Below are positions 44,743 through 54,823 of a DNA stretch of 64,000 nucleotides, piece after piece. Below the pieces are notes generated by a model. The model did not search any database and was not told the DNA's origin. It saw only the letters and a list, made by a program, of their open reading frames with translations. Position 1 is the stretch's first letter; each line of letters opens with the position of its first letter. Origin of the DNA: Candidatus Bathyarchaeia archaeon (lineage in GTDB: Archaea > Thermoproteota > Bathyarchaeia > 40CM-2-53-6 > CALIRQ01); assembly GCA_038843675.1 (NCBI GenBank), contig JAWBRV010000003.1, positions 4,908 through 68,907 of the forward strand. Direction: 5' to 3'. The position numbers were made by a program, and so were the translations under genes.

Positions 44743-45831
44743 TTGGCCTACTTTGGAGTCCTGAGACCGGACTCCATCGAGGTCCTTCGCGACGAGGCCT
44801 GCAGGGCTAGCCTATCGCGCTATTTCGACGTATTCGAGGGAAAGAAGCTGGCCAAGTTCCTGATATGCAAGCAAATCCCGGTGGATTTTCAAGAGGGGGC
44901 AGCGGAGGAGGAGCTATGGGGGCTTCACGAAAGGATCCTCTCGGACTTCCAAGAGTTCGAGAGAGCCCTCGATGCCAAGGGCCTTGACCCAAGCGCTCCA
45001 AAGAGGTCCTTTTTGGATCTGAAGATATGCTTGGCTCGAAGGATCCTCGAGGGCTGTAGGCTTTGCGAAAGGCGCTGCCGAAGGAACAGGGCCAAGGGGG
45101 AGCTCGGGTATTGCAAATGCGGGACTGAGATCCATGTCTCCTCCATATTCGAGCACTTAGGGGAGGAACCCGAGCTCGTGCCATCCGGCACAATATTCAC
45201 GAACGGTTGCACGATGGCTTGCCTCCATTGCCAGAATTGGTCCATATCCCAATGGTATGAGGTCGGGAGGCCCTATTCGCCCCAATTATTGGCGAGGGAG
45301 GTCGAGGCGCTGAGGGCTAGGGGTTGTAGGAATGCCAACCTCGTGGGCGGGGAGCCCACGCCTTGGCTCCCTCAATGGCTCGAGGTCTTCAAATACGTTA
45401 GGGAGAACATCCCGATCGTTTGGAATAGCAATTCCTACTATGGGGAGGAGGCGGCCAAGCTCCTCGCCTGCTTCGCCGATGTATATCTGCTGGACTTCAA
45501 ATATGGCCCAGGGGAATGCGCCGAAAGGATTTCCTCCGCTCCATCCTATTGGGAGGCGGCCACTAGGAACCTATTGGCCGCGAAGGAATACGGCGAGATA
45601 ATAGTAAGGATCCTCGTCCTGCCAAGCCATATCGAATGTTGCGCAAAGCCGATCTTGGAATGGATAGCAAAGAACCTAGGGACCGGGGCTAGGGTGAATA
45701 TAATGGATCAATATAGGCCCGAATGGAGGTATTACGAGGTGGAGGAGCTTGGCAGGAGGCTGAGGAGGGATGAGTTCCAAGAGGTCGTCGCATACGCGCG
45801 CCAACTCGGGTTAAGGAACTTCATAACATGA
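44743..45831 (+). CDS. Radical SAM protein of the PflX / pyruvate-formate-lyase-activase-like family
   Basis: CxxxCxxC in GCTMACLHCQNW (PflA/NrdG-type). An additional N-terminal Cys motif CRLCERRCRRNRAKGELGYCKC is typical of COG1313 PflX. Confidence 0.6.
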   Translation: MAYFGVLRPDSIEVLRDEACRASLSRYFDVFEGKKLAKFLICKQIPVDFQEGAAEEELWGLHERILSDFQEFERALDAKGLDPSAPKRSFLDLKICLARRILEGCRLCERRCRRNRAKGELGYCKCGTEIHVSSIFEHLGEEPELVPSGTIFTNGCTMACLHCQNWSISQWYEVGRPYSPQLLAREVEALRARGCRNANLVGGEPTPWLPQWLEVFKYVRENIPIVWNSNSYYGEEAAKLLACFADVYLLDFKYGPGECAERISSAPSYWEAATRNLLAAKEYGEIIVRILVLPSHIECCAKPILEWIAKNLGTGARVNIMDQYRPEWRYYEVEELGRRLRRDEFQEVVAYARQLGLRNFIT

Positions 45832-45953
45832 ATTTCAATCAAATAGTTCGTTTGAATCCATTCGATCTAATTACATAGGCTTACATTTCTCTAACATGAA
45901 ATACCCCAATTTCATTTTATTTTTTGAGAATAATAAATTTTTTTAAGGATTTG

Positions 45954-47543
45954 ATGAGAGCAAGGGAACAAGAAGGGGTGCCTCCTTTGATAACATATGA
46001 TGAAATACGAAGATATATCGAAATGACGGCCTACTGGCCCCTCGAGTTTTGGCAACAATTCGAGAACGATTGGCTTACTTATCGAGTCATACCCGCCGCG
46101 AAGAGGAATCCGGTCTACGAGGACGTTGAGAATATACGGGATATTGAGGACTTGGAGGATTACCCAGCCATAGATTGGAAGGATATAGAGAGGAAGGCCG
46201 ATGAGGTTGGCGGGCTCGAGAAGCTCATAACGGCCGAGCCCGTGGCCTTTTGGAAATCATCCGGAACATCGGGGAGGCAGAAGATCATATGGGCATCAGA
46301 GGAGGATCTGGATATGCTGAGGAGGATGATAGGTAGGGTGATGTATAATTTTGGGCTCGGCCCAGAGACGAGGGCGCTCATCCTCGGGGCTCCCATGGGT
46401 TACGTTTCAATGACCGTCCCGATGCTTACGCTGAATTGGATAAAGGAGGCTGTGGGAGTGCCCTTTACCGAGTTGGGCGAAAATAGGCATAAGGTCTTCG
46501 ACAATGGCAGATTCGATATACTCTTCACACTCCCATATGTAGCCCACCTCTTAGCTTTGAGGGACGAGAAGAAGAGGCTCCTTAAGAAGTATGGGAAAAT
46601 CCCATTACTTTCCAACCTCATATTATTCATAGCACAGAAGAAGGTCGAAAGGGCATTCAAGAATTGCCAACTCTACATGTCCGGCGATTTTAGGACCGAT
46701 TTTCAAGACGAGCTCTTTACGGAGTTCTTCGGCAAACCCTCTTGCATGATCTACGCCTCTACCGAGGTCGTTGGGGGAGGCGGGGAATGCTTCTTGGAGG
46801 GGGAGAGATTCCATAAGGATAAGATGCACCCGGCCTTTGATAACTATGTCCCCCTTATAATACCATTGGAGGAGATGGAGAAGGAAAGGAGGGATCCGGA
46901 CTATGAGCCCAAGAAGCGCCTCCTGTGGAATGTACCGGATGGAACTATCGGCGAGGCGGTCTTCACGGCCAATTCCGATTGCTTCGTCAGGATAAACTAT
47001 AGGACGGGAGACGTTATAAAGAAAGTCCAAGACCCGCGAGATTGCCCGAAGGGATTGCCGGCCTTTGAGATGATGGGCAGGGCCTTGAGGAAGGTCGATG
47101 AGCCGGAGCTCGGCTTGGATGGATATGAGGCGACCATGGTAAAGGTGGCAGCAGCTCCCTTCTGCGTAAAATATGTCTTCGGGGCGCTTTCAAGGGTGAG
47201 GGAGAACGGCAGGATAAGGGATTGGTTCATGACGCTCCGATATAAGAGTGGAAAGCCCGAGGTCGTCCTATACATCGAAGCCGAATACCTGAGGGGCAAG
47301 GGAGCCCTCGAGGCCGAGATCCTAAAGGCTATGAGGGAGAGCATCGAACTTGAGCCCTTCTTCATAGTCACGGATATGGGGATGGCGGAGTTCAGGATAG
47401 AGCATTTGCAAAGGAATACGATGGAGGCGGTTAGGAATCAGAAGATCAAGGCCTTCCGCGCAGGGGACATACCGCTGGGTCGGCTGAAGATCCCGAAGCT
47501 TGTGATTGATCAGAACTACTTCAGAACCCAAGGCCTCTTCTAG
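45954..47543 (+). CDS. Divergent ANL-superfamily (PaaK/GH3-like) adenylate-forming enzyme
   Basis: P-loop-like WKSSGTSGRQK, YASTE (YGxTE) and a perfect YRTGD motif. Likely start MRAREQEG; the first 10 codons of the ORF-track call are AT-rich promoter-like sequence. Confidence 0.55.
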   Translation: MRAREQEGVPPLITYDEIRRYIEMTAYWPLEFWQQFENDWLTYRVIPAAKRNPVYEDVENIRDIEDLEDYPAIDWKDIERKADEVGGLEKLITAEPVAFWKSSGTSGRQKIIWASEEDLDMLRRMIGRVMYNFGLGPETRALILGAPMGYVSMTVPMLTLNWIKEAVGVPFTELGENRHKVFDNGRFDILFTLPYVAHLLALRDEKKRLLKKYGKIPLLSNLILFIAQKKVERAFKNCQLYMSGDFRTDFQDELFTEFFGKPSCMIYASTEVVGGGGECFLEGERFHKDKMHPAFDNYVPLIIPLEEMEKERRDPDYEPKKRLLWNVPDGTIGEAVFTANSDCFVRINYRTGDVIKKVQDPRDCPKGLPAFEMMGRALRKVDEPELGLDGYEATMVKVAAAPFCVKYVFGALSRVRENGRIRDWFMTLRYKSGKPEVVLYIEAEYLRGKGALEAEILKAMRESIELEPFFIVTDMGMAEFRIEHLQRNTMEAVRNQKIKAFRAGDIPLGRLKIPKLVIDQNYFRTQGLF

Positions 47544-48382
47544 GGCCTGAAGTGGATCTCGAACTCACAAAAGTCGTTCCCCATGGCCGCGCACTTCAAT
47601 TCTGCTGCCTTCACCTTCTTCCCAAGTGCCTCCTCAAAGAACCCAGCGAGGAGGCCGCGGGTTACGTGGCATATTGGCCTTCCCTTCTTCCTCCCATCGG
47701 CCTCGAAGGAGCCGTAAACCCTCACGGAAGCATATCCCTCCTCGAGGTCGACGTTCAAGAACTCAACTACGCCCATCCCGGCGGATTTGAGATGATGCTT
47801 CAGCGCCCAAAGCTTCTCCTCAAAGCTCAGATCCCTGCTCCACGCCATTGTATCCACAAATCTCCTTAAAGCCCTCCCGTTCTCAAGCCCCATATTGAAG
47901 AATATGACGGCTGCCCCCGCTGGCGTGAGTATTTTTTCCATTCTATCCATTACGAAATGCACATGGGCCGCCCTGAAGAGAAGGACCCGGTTCTGGAGGT
48001 TCCTGATTGGGAATAGCATTGTTTCATAGGGGAGCGGCTTTGGCTCGACTATTTCTAATTCTTCAGCAACATCCAGCTCTCGGAGCCTATCTTTTAAGGA
48101 ATTGGCTTCGAAGGAGTCCTTGGGAAAAGCCAAAAACATGGCTAGGACCTTTTTCCCCGCATCCCATTCGGATCTATACATCTCCATATGCTTCACTTCG
48201 GCCCCGATCTCGTGGAGGAGCGTGAATATCTTCTTCAAGCAATCCGCCCTTTCCTTGAGGATGAGCAGGGCCTCCACCACCCTCTCGTCCTCTTCCGGGA
48301 ATATGAGCGTTTCGAGCTCCCTGGGGTAAAACGTCCTAACCTCCCTCGGGTATGCGGCTTTCAATTGCATATATGGATCCAT
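47540..48382 (-). CDS. V4R-domain protein
   Basis: C-terminal ICHVTRGLLAGFFEEALGKKVKAAELKCAAMGNDFCEFEI matches the V4R (4-vinyl-reductase-like small-molecule-binding) signature with conserved cysteines. Confidence 0.5.
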   Translation of the reverse strand: MDPYMQLKAAYPREVRTFYPRELETLIFPEEDERVVEALLILKERADCLKKIFTLLHEIGAEVKHMEMYRSEWDAGKKVLAMFLAFPKDSFEANSLKDRLRELDVAEELEIVEPKPLPYETMLFPIRNLQNRVLLFRAAHVHFVMDRMEKILTPAGAAVIFFNMGLENGRALRRFVDTMAWSRDLSFEEKLWALKHHLKSAGMGVVEFLNVDLEEGYASVRVYGSFEADGRKKGRPICHVTRGLLAGFFEEALGKKVKAAELKCAAMGNDFCEFEIHFRP

Positions 48383-48518
48383 TTATTTTTATTAACTATA
48401 CTAATATTTTAAATTTTCCAGTATGATAGGCTAAAAGGTAGGTTGGGGCCATTTAGGGCGGCGGAGATGCTAAAGGCGCTGGCCCCCGATCCTCCAAGAG
48501 GGGCGCGCGGCGGAGGAT

Positions 48519-49061
48519 ATGGAGAGGCAGGATAAGAGGAGGTCGCACATCACCTCGGTGGAGTTCGATCCCGAGGATTTCGAGTACATAATGGGCCTTT
48601 TGAAGGAGGGGAGGATACGATCCCTGAAGGAATTCGTCGAGAAATGTGTCAAATTCGGGAAGGAGTATACGATCGATAGATGGAACGGCGGCCTCTTCTA
48701 CTTCGGTCCCGTTAGGGTCGTCATCCTCGCCAAGAGGATGCTCGACGTTATGATCCAGAAGTTACGGGAGGAGGATTATGAGATCATAGGGAGGGAGCTG
48801 GGGGACGTCATTGGATCGCTCCTGATGCTGAGGGGAATAGATGGCAAGGACCCGGCTAGGATGAGGGAGGCGTTCGACATGCTCAACAAATTCGGGCTCG
48901 GAGTATTCGAGCTATCCGGGGAGAAGATCCAAGTCGCCCATCCGACCCTACCATCGGAGATGACGAAGGCCATGTTGCAGCAAATCTTCGGCATGAGGCT
49001 CGAGGCCATAAAAACCCTACTCGACGTCCATTTCTACAGGATGGTGAAGGAGAGGACATAG
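48519..49061 (+). CDS. Hypothetical protein, possibly V4R-like
   Basis: 180 aa. The GLGVFELSGEKIQVAHP segment resembles the V4R core. Divergent from the V4R gene across an AT-rich promoter (48383-48518). Confidence 0.3.
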   Translation: MERQDKRRSHITSVEFDPEDFEYIMGLLKEGRIRSLKEFVEKCVKFGKEYTIDRWNGGLFYFGPVRVVILAKRMLDVMIQKLREEDYEIIGRELGDVIGSLLMLRGIDGKDPARMREAFDMLNKFGLGVFELSGEKIQVAHPTLPSEMTKAMLQQIFGMRLEAIKTLLDVHFYRMVKERT

Positions 49062-49186
49062 AGTTGGCGACGACTCAGAAAAATGCCTTCCGATCACCGC
49101 TCACCGTAACTTTGAGACATCATCGTCGTCATCAAACATTTCCTAGTCCGGTTTTTAATGCTTTCCCCTCCGCCCGTCGGCCCAAC

Positions 49187-49384
49187 CTATTCCGCCTCGA
49201 CCTCAAAGACCTTGCAAAGCAAATCGTAGAGTTCCCGCCCACCCTCAACTTCGAGGAAGGAATCCCTCTCAGCCCTAAGGACCTTCCTGATAAGCTCCAT
49301 CGTTTTCCTGAAGCCTATCTCCCTCCACATGATCTGGTAGTTCTTCAGCTCTATCCAAGCCCTGAATATTAGCACTATGAACAT
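49187..49384 (-). CDS. Small single-TM protein (about 65 aa)
   Basis: MFIVLIFRAWIELKNY... after an internal Met. The upstream part of the ORF-track call overlaps the signal-peptidase gene start region. Confidence 0.25.
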   Translation of the reverse strand: MFIVLIFRAWIELKNYQIMWREIGFRKTMELIRKVLRAERDSFLEVEGGRELYDLLCKVFEVEAE

Positions 49385-49485
49385 GGCCACAGTGACGGCC
49401 AAGTTCAATAGGTATATCTCGATCACATCCAAACCCGAACACCCTGCGGATGGGGATGCTCGCATCGGGTAAATTAAAATAGGGG

Positions 49486-50046
49486 ATGCCAAGGAACCTC
49501 CTCGAATGGGGGCATGGGTTAGGCTTGGCTCCATCGAGGGCTCGCAAGGAGGTTCTAAGATCTCTATTGCTGGTGGCCATCGCCCTCCTCGCCTCCTACG
49601 CGGGATGGATCGCCTTGGGGTTCGCCCTCAGGAGCGAGTACCCCCTCATGGTCGTGGTAGGGGGGAGCATGCTGCCCACTTATCAAGAGGGTGATTTGGT
49701 TGTGGTACAAGGGGTGAGCCCGAGGGAGATAGCGGTTGGAGATATAATAGTCTTCAAGAGCCCGCCCCATTTGGCTGATAACGCCATAATCCATAGGGTC
49801 ATTGGAATAGTCGAGAGGGATGGGAAGCGCTACTTCATAACCAAGGGCGATAACAATCCCGCGCCGGATAGGTTCGATCCCTTGCCCGGCATCCCGGAGG
49901 ATTACGTTATCGGGAGGGTCGTGGCACAAGCCCCTAGGATCGGCCTCCTCGCCCTTTGGTTGAAGAAGCCGATCGGGATGGCCATTATGCTGCTTTTCGT
50001 CATATTGGCCTTGGCCTTCGACGTCCGGTCCAAGAGGTCGAAATGA
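49486..50046 (+). CDS. Signal peptidase I (archaeal Sec11/SPC18 type)
   Basis: N-terminal TM, catalytic Ser in GGSMLPT and a His box (IIHRVIG), plus a C-terminal TM. Confidence 0.85.
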   Translation: MPRNLLEWGHGLGLAPSRARKEVLRSLLLVAIALLASYAGWIALGFALRSEYPLMVVVGGSMLPTYQEGDLVVVQGVSPREIAVGDIIVFKSPPHLADNAIIHRVIGIVERDGKRYFITKGDNNPAPDRFDPLPGIPEDYVIGRVVAQAPRIGLLALWLKKPIGMAIMLLFVILALAFDVRSKRSK

Positions 50047-50093
50047 ACTGCCCGCGGGCCTCGTACGAGCCCGCCCCGAAGTGAGGGAGAAGT

Positions 50094-50654
50094 TTGAAGG
50101 GGATCGAGGTGAGAATCGAGAATGTCGTTGCCTCCGCGGAGCTTGGCCAAGGGATCGATTTAGCCTCGATAGCCAAAGCCCTCCCCAGCGCGGAGTATAA
50201 GCCGGCGATATTCCCGGGCCTGATATTCCATTTGAAGCGCCCAAGGACCACCGCTCTCATATTCCGCTCGGGTAAGGTGATATGCACGGGCGCCAAATCC
50301 GAGAGGCAGGTCAGATTGGCCATGGATGCTGTGGTGGAGGAGCTCAAGAAGAGCGGCATAGTGATCCTCGGGAGGCCAAAAGCGGTCATACGGAACGTGG
50401 TGGCGTCCTGCAGGCTCGGGGTGCGCCTCGATCTCGAAAGGGCGGCCCGCTCATTGGGCGGGGCCATATACGAGCCGAAGCAATTCCCGGGGTTGGTGTA
50501 TAGGGCGAAGGCCTCCGGGATCGCCCTCCTGATATTTAGGAATGGTAAAGTCATATGCGCCGGCGGGAAGGGCGAATCCGATATCCAGGATGCCATTTCG
50601 GATCTGATGGCGGCTTTGCGCTCCTGTGGGGCATGGCCCCAAGCCGAGCCTTGA
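50094..50654 (+). CDS. tbp: TATA-box binding protein
   Basis: Two TBP repeats (IENVVASAELGQ...PGLIFHLK; IRNVVASCRLG...PGLVYRAK). Confidence 0.9.
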   Translation: MKGIEVRIENVVASAELGQGIDLASIAKALPSAEYKPAIFPGLIFHLKRPRTTALIFRSGKVICTGAKSERQVRLAMDAVVEELKKSGIVILGRPKAVIRNVVASCRLGVRLDLERAARSLGGAIYEPKQFPGLVYRAKASGIALLIFRNGKVICAGGKGESDIQDAISDLMAALRSCGAWPQAEP

Positions 50655-50740
50655 TGGACTTGTGATCGATTGGCCATTCTTATGGGGCGACGCCCGAGCC
50701 AATCTTAAGCGGGCTCGGCGCCGAGCTTGCTTTCCCATCC

Positions 50741-51070
50741 CTATCTCTTAGATTGGAGCCTCCTGTTTATATCATCCGAGGCCCTCTCCCCGGCCGCGAG
50801 AAATTCCTCCCCCTTCTGCGTTATCCTATAGATCCTCCTATCCCTCCCGCCCTCGGATTCCCAAGAACCCTCGATGTAGCCATTGCTCTCCAAGGAATGG
50901 AGGAGCGGATAGAGTGTCCCAGCGCTAAGGTAAACCTTGTACTCCTCCCTTATTGCTAGGTTTATCTCATAGCCCCAACGGGGCTTATCCTTCAAGAGCC
51001 TCAGGACTATTAGGTCCAGCATGCTTTTAACGATCCTCTCCCTCAGCGCCTTTTCGGAAACCCTCTCCAA
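50741..51070 (-). CDS. PadR-family transcriptional regulator
   Basis: wHTH with the PadR signature (ILRLL...WGYEI......GTLYPLLHSLE..G.I). Confidence 0.85.
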   Translation of the reverse strand: MERVSEKALRERIVKSMLDLIVLRLLKDKPRWGYEINLAIREEYKVYLSAGTLYPLLHSLESNGYIEGSWESEGGRDRRIYRITQKGEEFLAAGERASDDINRRLQSKR

Positions 51071-51344
51071 AGCCCATCTCCGGGCTCGATTGAGCCGATC
51101 GGTTCCGCCCGGGCCCCGCTCAGGCCAATCGGCCCGCTCCCAAATGCGCAGGCGACCCTTCTTGGAGCGCCTTGAGCGGCTAGCCCATTCGATCCGCGCG
51201 GAACCTCTCGAATGGCGAACTCTTGGCCTCGGGAATATTTATTATTTCGGTATCCATCCAACCGAAAAGCTGATCCGCAAGGGCGCTCTATCGGATCCAG
51301 CCTTGGGCGGGCCAATGGAATCGGGATAAAGGGCTAGGCGTAAT

Positions 51345-54215
51345 TTGGGGATGAAGCCGACCGATTTAGACGCGTTCTCGCTCCTCTCCAAGCCCCTCCA
51401 AGAGGCCGTGAGGGACTTCGGCTTCTCCTCGCCCACGAGGGCGCAGGAGGAGGCGATACCCCTCATAATGAGTGGGGAGAACGTGCTGTTGATCTCCCCG
51501 ACAGCATCGGGGAAGACGGAGGCATCGATACTCCCGGTGTTGAACGCCCTCATAAATGAGCGGCCGGGCCCAGGGATCAAGGTCCTTTACATAACCCCCC
51601 TGAGGGCCCTCAATAGGGATTTGCTCGATAGGCTCGAGTGGTGGTGCAATCGCCTCGGCCTAAGGGTCGGAGTTAGGCATGGCGATACGGAGGTGAGGGA
51701 GAGGAGCTCCCAAGCCCGCAACCCGCCGGACCTATTGATAACAACCCCGGAGACCCTTCAAGCGATGTTGACCGGCAAGCTCATGAAGAGGAACCTGAGG
51801 GCCCTGAGATGCGTCATAGTGGACGAGCTCCATGAGCTCGCCGAGGATAAGCGCGGTAGCCAACTCTCCTTGGCCTTGGAGAGGATCAGGTGGCTCGTGG
51901 GAAGGGATTTCCAGCTGATAGGCCTCTCGGCCACTATAGGATCTCCGGAGATCGTTGGGAAGTTCTTAGTGGGAGTGAATAGGCCGGTGAGGGTCGTGAA
52001 GGTCCCATTCGAGAGGAAGGTCAAGCTGAAGGTCCTATACCCTACCCCGACCGCCTCGGATGAGGAGCTTGCCTCCAAGCTCTATACTAGGCCGGAGGTA
52101 GCGGCGAGGCTTAGGATTATGCGCGAGCTCATAAGCGCGCATGATTCCACATTGCTCTTCACCAATACCAGATCCATAGCTGAGGTCCTAGCCAGCAGGT
52201 TCAGGATCTGGGATGGGGAGTTCCCAATATCGATACACCACGGCTCCCTCGCGAAGCCGTCTAGGATTTCGGCCGAAAGGGGGCTCAAGGAGGGGGAGCT
52301 GAAGGGCCTCGTTTGCACGAGCTCCCTCGAGCTCGGGATAGACGTCGGCCGAATAGACTTCGTAATACAATACATGAGCCCAAGGCAGGTGACGAGGCTC
52401 GTCCAAAGGGTGGGCAGGAGCGGGCATCGGATCTCGAGGGTGGCGGAGGGAGTCATAATCGCGATGGACTCTGACGACGCATTGGAATCGCTGGCGATAG
52501 TTCGAAGGGCCTATGAGGGTGAGCTGGAGCGCGCATCGATCCCGAGGAAGCCATTGGATGTATTGGCGCATCAAATCGTCGGGCTCTTGATCAACAAGGG
52601 GAAATGGTATGTGCGGGAGATATTGGAGCTCTTCAGGAACGCATATCCATACAGGGATCTGACCGAGGAGGAGCTTGTCTCCGTGATCGATTACATGCAT
52701 TCCAGATATCCTAGGATGGCTTGGTACTCCCCAGAGGATCAGGTCGTGATGAGGCCAAGGAGGATCAAGGAGATATACGAATACTATTTCGAGAGGCTCT
52801 CGATGATACCGGATGAGAAGCAATACCTCGTTATCAACGAGGAGGATGAATCTCCGATTGGGATATTGGATGAGGCCTTCGTGGCCGAATATGGGACCCC
52901 GGGAACCAAGTTCATAGTCAGGGGCAGCCCTTGGAAGCTGATGAGCATACACGGCGATAGGATATACGTGAAGCCTGTCAAGGATCCAAGCGGGGCGATA
53001 CCGAGCTGGGTTGGGGAGGAGATTCCCGTCCCATTCGAGGTGGCGCAGGAGGTCGGGGCCATAAGGAGGTATGTCAGCGAGGGGCTCGCGGCTGGCAGGG
53101 GGGAGGCGGAGTTGGTTGGGGAGCTGGCCGATAGATACGGCGCCCCTAGGGAATTAATGATGAAGGCCCTTTCCGAGACTTTAGAGCAAGCCCGGAAGGG
53201 GCTGCCGATACCGAGCGATAAGCTGGTGACGGTGGAGGGGGCCGGCGATCTCGTGATAATCACCTGCCATTTCGGATCCCTAGTCAACAGATCCTTGGGG
53301 AGGCTATTGGGGCACGAACTATCCAACAGGCTTGGGGAGGCCGTCGGGGTGCAGCAGGACCCCTACAGGATAGTAGTACAGTTCCCAGGCCCATCCTCGG
53401 CCAAGGAGGTGATCGAGTGCCTCGAACGGCTCGCCTCCTCCGACATCGCTGCCATAACGAGGGCGGCGATCACGAGGACCGGGCTCTTCAAGAGGAGGCT
53501 GATCCATGTGGCGAGAAGGTTCGGCGCAATATCCAAATGGGCGGATTTCACGAGCGTTAGGCTGGAGAAGTTGGCGAGGGGTTTGGAGGGGACCGCAATA
53601 TTCGAGGAGGCCTTGAAGGAGACGTTGGAAAAGGACTTAGATGTGGAAGGTACAATGGAGGTCCTGAGGCGGATTAAGGATGGGGAGATTGAGGTCATCG
53701 AATTGAGGTCCGATAGGGACCTCAGCCCGCTCTCGAGGTTGGGGTTGGAGAGGATGAGCAGGAAGATCGATTTGATACCCCCTGAAAAGCTCACGAAGGT
53801 CTTGGTGGAGTCGACCAAGGGCCGCATATTGAGCGAATCGAGGACCTTCGCTTGCCTTTCGTGCGGGGATTACGTTAAGATACTCAAGATCGAGGACCTG
53901 CCGGATGAGATGAGCTGCCCATTATGCGGATCGAAGAGGATCGGGATGTTCGAGGAGCCGGAGGACGTTGTCAAAAGGGTTTTGAAGAGGAGGGGCACCC
54001 CATCCCTCAGGGAATCTAGGCTTCGCGAGTTCGCCGAAGAATCGGCGAAGCTCTACGAGAAATATGGGAAAGCTGCGTTCTTGGCCCTCTCGGCGAGGAG
54101 GATCGATCCGAAGGATGCTGAGAGAATATTGAAGAGGGAGGGGAAGATCTCGGATAAGCTCTTCAAGTTGATAATGGAGGCCGAAAGAGAAGCCTTGAAG
54201 AAGCGCTTCTGGTAG
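51345..54215 (+). CDS. lhr: Lhr-like large ATP-dependent helicase
   Basis: SF2 motifs (SPTASGKTEA, DELHEL and others), Lhr-core wH and domain 4. C-terminal CxxC...CPLC Zn-ribbon. 956 aa. Confidence 0.85.
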   Translation: MGMKPTDLDAFSLLSKPLQEAVRDFGFSSPTRAQEEAIPLIMSGENVLLISPTASGKTEASILPVLNALINERPGPGIKVLYITPLRALNRDLLDRLEWWCNRLGLRVGVRHGDTEVRERSSQARNPPDLLITTPETLQAMLTGKLMKRNLRALRCVIVDELHELAEDKRGSQLSLALERIRWLVGRDFQLIGLSATIGSPEIVGKFLVGVNRPVRVVKVPFERKVKLKVLYPTPTASDEELASKLYTRPEVAARLRIMRELISAHDSTLLFTNTRSIAEVLASRFRIWDGEFPISIHHGSLAKPSRISAERGLKEGELKGLVCTSSLELGIDVGRIDFVIQYMSPRQVTRLVQRVGRSGHRISRVAEGVIIAMDSDDALESLAIVRRAYEGELERASIPRKPLDVLAHQIVGLLINKGKWYVREILELFRNAYPYRDLTEEELVSVIDYMHSRYPRMAWYSPEDQVVMRPRRIKEIYEYYFERLSMIPDEKQYLVINEEDESPIGILDEAFVAEYGTPGTKFIVRGSPWKLMSIHGDRIYVKPVKDPSGAIPSWVGEEIPVPFEVAQEVGAIRRYVSEGLAAGRGEAELVGELADRYGAPRELMMKALSETLEQARKGLPIPSDKLVTVEGAGDLVIITCHFGSLVNRSLGRLLGHELSNRLGEAVGVQQDPYRIVVQFPGPSSAKEVIECLERLASSDIAAITRAAITRTGLFKRRLIHVARRFGAISKWADFTSVRLEKLARGLEGTAIFEEALKETLEKDLDVEGTMEVLRRIKDGEIEVIELRSDRDLSPLSRLGLERMSRKIDLIPPEKLTKVLVESTKGRILSESRTFACLSCGDYVKILKIEDLPDEMSCPLCGSKRIGMFEEPEDVVKRVLKRRGTPSLRESRLREFAEESAKLYEKYGKAAFLALSARRIDPKDAERILKREGKISDKLFKLIMEAEREALKKRFW

Positions 54216-54244
54216 GGCTTAGCTAAACCCTCCAACGCATTCCA

Positions 54245-54823
54245 TTACCCAAGGCGAATGGGGATCCGGGGAACGCTTGGGTTGCGCATGCCATACTTCC
54301 CAAAGGTCATTTGGGGGGTGATGAGGTCGAGGAACAGGCTCGTCGAATACCTTTGCGAGCTCGATTTCCCGAGGGCTATGTCCAAGACCTCCGGTAGGAC
54401 CAACGTGGTCAGCCTCTCGGTTGGGCGGCCCAACGTTACATTTGAGCAATAGGAATTAACGTATACGTACAGCCTCCTTCCCTCATACTTGTACTCGGCC
54501 TGCTCGCCCCTTCCGTAGTTCGGGCGATTGAATACATGGAAGGGCCAGAGCTTGCATACGGTCGGCTTCCGATCGGCCAATGAGCAGATCCATAGACCCA
54601 TCGCCCGCTCTTGAAAAGCGCACCTACCATCTCGGCGCTTGCTGAGGTAAACTCTTCCATGTTCAAATCGAATCCTTGAAGTCGCGCCGAAGGGGGCGAT
54701 CCTAGCGAGCTCGTAAGGGCTCAGCTGAACCTCGAAATGCTTACAACATTCCCCGCAAGCCGAGCAGAACCAATCCCTTACCCTCTTCCAAGGGAGGAGG
54801 AGGCCAAATGGGCTATCGATCAA
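54245..54823 (-). CDS. YkgJ/UPF0153 family cysteine-cluster protein
   Basis: CSACGECC (CxxCxxCC) signature. Confidence 0.6.
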   Translation of the reverse strand: MIDSPFGLLLPWKRVRDWFCSACGECCKHFEVQLSPYELARIAPFGATSRIRFEHGRVYLSKRRDGRCAFQERAMGLWICSLADRKPTVCKLWPFHVFNRPNYGRGEQAEYKYEGRRLYVYVNSYCSNVTLGRPTERLTTLVLPEVLDIALGKSSSQRYSTSLFLDLITPQMTFGKYGMRNPSVPRIPIRLG

